A DNA stretch of 64,000 nt, taken from the NCBI GenBank assembly GCA_963745035.1, contig CAVUVW010000013.1:1024001-1088000 (forward strand), read 5' to 3'. The DNA comes from an uncultured delta proteobacterium (GTDB taxonomy: Bacteria; Desulfobacterota; Binatia; UBA9968). Of the stretch, positions 59,839 through 64,000 are shown piece after piece (position 1 is the first letter of the stretch; every line of letters starts with the position of its first letter). The notes below the pieces were generated by a model. It made no database searches and had not been told where the DNA came from. It saw only the letters and a list, made by a program, of their open reading frames with translations. Position numbers and translations under genes: made by a program.

Positions 59839-60904
59839 TCAGTTCTCCAATATTCTTTTCACCCGCTCGATGACATCCGGCGGTTGGCTGGTGACTTCCT
59901 TCGCCAGGCTCTGCATTTCTTCCCAGGACACCGGTTCGAGATCGTAGCGGCGCTTTTTCACCTCGGCGATGAACTCCGGGTCCTTCAACATCTTGCCGTA
60001 GCCATCACGAATCGTGCGCGCCAGATCGGCCGACATGCCCGGCGGCGCCATCATCGGCCGGCCGAAACCGCCCGAGGAAAGCACGACCGTCGCCATGCGC
60101 CGCAGCGGATCCGCCGTCTTTTGCTTGTCCATCAACTCGTACAAGCGTCGGCACGTCGCCCAGTCGCGCATCGCGCTTTCTGCCGGTCTGGATAAGGCTC
60201 TTCACAAAACCGTTCTTGAACCAGGTTCGCGTCGGCTCGCGTCCGACGAAACTGCCGATATCGTAGGCGCGGCAATGCAGCTCGCCACGCTCGACGGCGA
60301 TATCGATCTCACCGCCGCTTTGATAGCCGGTTACCGTTTTGAATTTGAGACCGAGAGTCTCTTCGAGGATTTTGGGCACGAAATAACCCGTCGCTCCAGT
60401 ACCCGCGCCGCCGCAGCGCGGCGCTTCGCTTGCGCGCCGGATATCTTCGAGCGTCTTGTACGGACTGTCCGCGCGCATATAAAGCTGCGCTTCGAGGCGT
60501 TCGGGCGAGCCGATCCAGGTAAACTTCGCCCAGTCGAACTTCGCCGTGTCGCGGCCGAGCACCTGATCGAAAAAGGCTCCGCCTTGCAACGCGCCCAACG
60601 TCAGCCCGTCCGGCTTGGCCATCGTGTAAAGAAAATTCGCTGCGACAACCGAACTGGCGCCCGGCATGTTCTGCGGCACAATGGTCGGCTCGCCGGGTAA
60701 ATGTTTGCCGAGAAACTGCGCAACCAAGCGCGCATATAGGTCGACTCCGCCGCCGGTGCTCGTGCCGATGATGAGTCGAATCGTTTTGCCTTTGAAGTCC
60801 GGATCGCCTTGCGCCACAGTACTCTCTGGCCAAGCGGCGGCGCCCATAACGAGTGCCGCGACGAAATGCAGCAATGTCGTTTTCATCCGGAAAACCCGTT
60901 TCAT
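59839..60904 (-). CDS. Bug/TctC-like periplasmic binding protein (orphan), frameshift near 60140
   Basis: FKGKTIRLIIG..GGGVDLYAR, QNMPGA, DVPT. Confidence 0.85.
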
Positions 60905-60925
60905 AACACTAACCTCCGATGCTTT

Positions 60926-63033
60926 TCAGAAGTGAATCTTTGCATCCAGCACATGGATATCGGGCAAACCCGTGCTCATGCCGATCGGATTGATATCCAC
61001 CGCGCTTATCCTCCCGTCAAGCTCCACCGCCAGACTCCGAAAGCTGAAGCAGCGCATCGGTCAGTGCAGCGACATGCCGTGAATTCTCCGACGCCGTCCT
61101 TTTGCAAAATCGGATAGGCTCGGAGCGACGAAAGCATGTCTTCGGCATCGACTCGGGTGAGCGGCGCCAGCCGCAGCGTATAATCCTTCAGCACCTCGGT
61201 GAAGATACCGCCCAAACCGCAGAGAATTACCGGCCCGAACGTCGGATCGTATTTCACGCCGAGAATCACCTCGAAATCATGCGGCAGAAATTTCTCGACG
61301 CTGATGTTGAAGTTGCCGTTTGACATTGAGCCGGGCGCGGCCTTCGAGGGCGCGATATGCCTGATCCAACTCGCGCATCCGTCGAAATCTTTCCGCTCAC
61401 GAAACCTGCGTCGCTCCGGTGCGCCACATTCGGCACCATAGCTTTGAGAATCACCGGATAGCCGAGCTTTTACCGCCGCCGCCTTGGCGCTCATCAGCTG
61501 AGGCCGTTGAAAGGCTGGCCGCGCATTTGAATCCATAGGCGGCCGAGCAACTCCGTGGTCGCTGATCGGCGATAGCATCGACGCGCCGACATGAGCGCGA
61601 AGAATCGCTTCTGCGGCAGGCCGAGCCGCTCGTTTTGATGCACGAATCTTCGCCGCAGAGGCGCGACGGCGCAGAAACTTGCCGTAGTCGATATAGGCGC
61701 GCAGCATCTGGAAGCATGCGTCGGTCGCGGCGTCGAAAACCGGCACGTGGTGCGTCTGAAAGATTTCGCGCACGTCCGGTTCGGAGAGCATGATGATCGC
61801 GGCTGCCGTCTTGCCGAACTTCTCCGATGCCGCGGCGAAGTTGCGCGCGTACTCGTGGCGCACCGCGAGCGGACCGAGATACATCAGTAAACAATCGTTG
61901 GCGGTGTCCGCCGCAAACGCCTCGCACACGCTCGAGAGAAAACCGGGGCTACGCGACGCGCCGGCCGTATCGAACGGATTGGTGAGGATCGCCGTGCGAC
62001 GCTGCGGAATGCGTGCCTTGGCCTCTTCGGAAATATCCGACAGCTCGATGCCGTATTCGCTCGCCTTGTCGGCCATCAAGCTCGCCCCCGCGCCGCTCGA
62101 GGTCATGACCAGGATGCGCCCGCCGCGCGGCACCGGCTGGTGCGCCGCCATCTGCGCCGCTCCGAGAAAAGTTTCCACCGTGCCGGTGGAGATGACGCCG
62201 AACTGGCGAAAAGCCGCTTCATAAACTTCGCCGGCGCCGGCCATGCGCGCGGTGTGCGCCATGGTCGTGATCGCGCCGCGCTCCGATTTCCCGACTTTGA
62301 GCACGACGATGGTCTTGCCGATCTCGTGCGCGCGCTCCGCCAATTCGAGAAAGCGCGGGCCGTTTTTCAATCCTTCCATCAGCACGGCGACGACTTTGGT
62401 CGAGTCGTCTTCGAGAAAGAATTCCGTGAAGTCGCAGAGATCCAGATCCATCTCGTTACCGTTGCTGACGAGATAGCTGAGCCCTTGGTCGGCTTGGACG
62501 GCGCGATGGCCGAGAACACCGAGCAACGCGCCGCTGTGCGATGCGATGGCGACCGGCCCGGGCTTGAGCGGCAGCGCGAAGGCGTGATCGTAGCCGCAGG
62601 GAATATTTTTCAGCACGTTGAATGTGCCGTGGCAATTCGGCCCGACGACCCGAATGTTGTAGGCTTTCGCGACTTCGGCTAGGCGCTCTTGGCGCTCCCG
62701 ACCTTCGGGACCGGATTCGCTGAAACCCGCCGAGCCGATGATCGCAGTCTTGACGCCCTTCTTGCCGCACTCCTCCAAAACTTCAGGCGAAAGTCGCGCA
62801 TCGACCATCAAGACCGCTACGTCAGGCGCCTCAGGTAGGTCGCTAACCGTGGGATAGCAAGTGAGGCCGCTGATCTCAGCGGCGCGCGGGTTGACCGGAT
62901 AAATTTTACCGGTGAATTTCGATTTCGCGATATTGCGCAGCGGCAAGCCTGAAGCCTTTGTCGGATCGGACGAGGCGCCGATGATCGCAACTGAGCTGGG
63001 TTCAAAAAGCAAACGGACGCGTGGGTCGGACAC
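60926..63033 (-). CDS. Acetate-CoA ligase (ADP-forming)-family acyl-CoA synthetase, CoA-binding plus ATP-grasp; 3' frameshifts
   Basis: PSSVAIIGAS, GPNCHG, AHTARMAG, DPTFGPVI.CGLGG; ends VLDAKIHF. Confidence 0.9.
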
Positions 63034-63120
63034 GAAGAGCTCCTTCTGTGGATTACATATGAGCCATAAGGCAACGCTTTAGCGATCAGGCCGTCAGCAA
63101 TTATATCGCTGACTTTCCTC

Positions 63121-63205
63121 CGTCGATTCCGGCGCATGCCGGAATCCAGTTCTTGCTCCTTCTTGTTAATTAAAAACCTGGATACCGGCCTTCGCCGGTA
63201 TGACG
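63121..63205. repeat. REP-like double hairpin (core of the composite-element family)
   Basis: ATTCCGGCGCATGCCGGAATCCAG...CTGGATACCGGCCTTCGCCGGTATGACG. Confidence 0.78.
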
Positions 63206-63239
63206 AATTCTCGCATTCTGGACGGTTGTCAAGAAACAA

Positions 63240-64000
63240 CTAAATGGGCAGCCAGCGGCCGCGAGCAGGATCGGAAGCGGCATCGTCACCGTTCATCGAA
63301 TCCGGACGCTGCGGGCTTTTGATCGTTTCTTTCCACGGCGACGGCGCTCCTTCATAAGCGGCAGGTCCTTTGATGAAGTGGCGCGCGTGCTCCAGCGTCT
63401 CGACGAACGGCATATTCATCGGGTAGAGCTTCTTGCCTTTCGGCCTCGGGCCGCCCTTTGAGACATGGCCCCAAAGCGGATGGCCGACGATTTCTTCTGC
63501 GAGCCAGACCGCCTCGATCAGTTTTTCCAGGTCGACGCCGGTATCGATGCCCATGCCTTCCATCATGTGAATCAGATCCTCGGTCGGCGCGAGACCCGCG
63601 GATTGGCCGTTGCCGCAGAACGGACAACCGCCCATGCCGCCGATGGCCGGTTGCAAACGCAGAGTATCGCCGGCGTCGAGGCTCTTCATCGCGACGTAGG
63701 ATGACGTGAGCGCCATGCCGCGCGTGTTGTGCAAATGCAAGTTGAAACTCTTGATCGCAGGCCAGCGTTGCTTGATTGCGGTCAGTTGCCTCTCGACCTG
63801 ATCCGGCATGTTCCACCCCATGGGATCGGAGATGCCGACTTTCGTCACGGGAATTCCCGCCTCATCCCACAGTTGATGTTGGCGCTCGAGCATCTTCATG
63901 CGGTCGTCTTGCGAAACTTCGCCGGTCCAGTTGGATCCCCAGGAAGCGCTGATGCTGATGCCGGCTTCCTTGGCGCCTTTGCTTTTCGCCTCTTCGATCG
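63240..64000 (-). CDS. HMG-CoA lyase-like (DRE-TIM metallolyase) protein, 3' part
   Basis: SDPMG, LHLHNTRG, GGMGGCPFC, PTEDL, GIDTGVDL. Confidence 0.87.
   Translation of the reverse strand, partial: IEEAKSKGAKEAGISISASWGSNWTGEVSQDDRMKMLERQHQLWDEAGIPVTKVGISDPMGWNMPDQVERQLTAIKQRWPAIKSFNLHLHNTRGMALTSSYVAMKSLDAGDTLRLQPAIGGMGGCPFCGNGQSAGLAPTEDLIHMMEGMGIDTGVDLEKLIEAVWLAEEIVGHPLWGHVSKGGPRPKGKKLYPMNMPFVETLEHARHFIKGPAAYEGAPSPWKETIKSPQRPDSMNGDDAASDPARGRWLPI

Overview
A GC-rich bacterial chromosome segment with no rRNA, tRNA, CRISPR array, integrase or transposase that I can recognise. The gene content resembles Candidatus Binatia (former Deltaproteobacteria): many orphan NMT1/SsuA-type and Bug/TctC solute-binding proteins, TPP enzymes, a CoA transferase and cupins. 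That taxonomy is inferred. Many genes carry single-base frameshifts, most likely long-read consensus errors, so several ORF-track 'fusions' are artefacts. Layout: acnA (partial); transport and catabolic genes at 1.8-32.8 kb (Tat amidohydrolase, Rieske oxygenase, GMC oxidoreductase, TctBAC, Liv-type ABC transporter, tandem TPP enzymes, astacin-like peptidase, DUF3015/DUF4105 pair); a signalling/stress block at 33-52 kb (probable Hanks pseudokinase plus lipoprotein, poly-HAMP hybrid kinase, REC-PAS kinase, DUF433/DUF5615 TA pair, sigma54-driven repeat protein plus a 27-aa microprotein, PLD-DedA plus EEP); and acyl-CoA/organic-acid catabolism at 52-64 kb. Best leads: (1) a 190-280 bp composite intergenic element in three copies, built around a REP-like core; (2) the pseudokinase-lipoprotein module; (3) the DUF3015-DUF4105 envelope pair; (4) the sigma54 repeat-protein/microprotein operon. 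All family assignments come from recognising motifs by eye, not from database searches.
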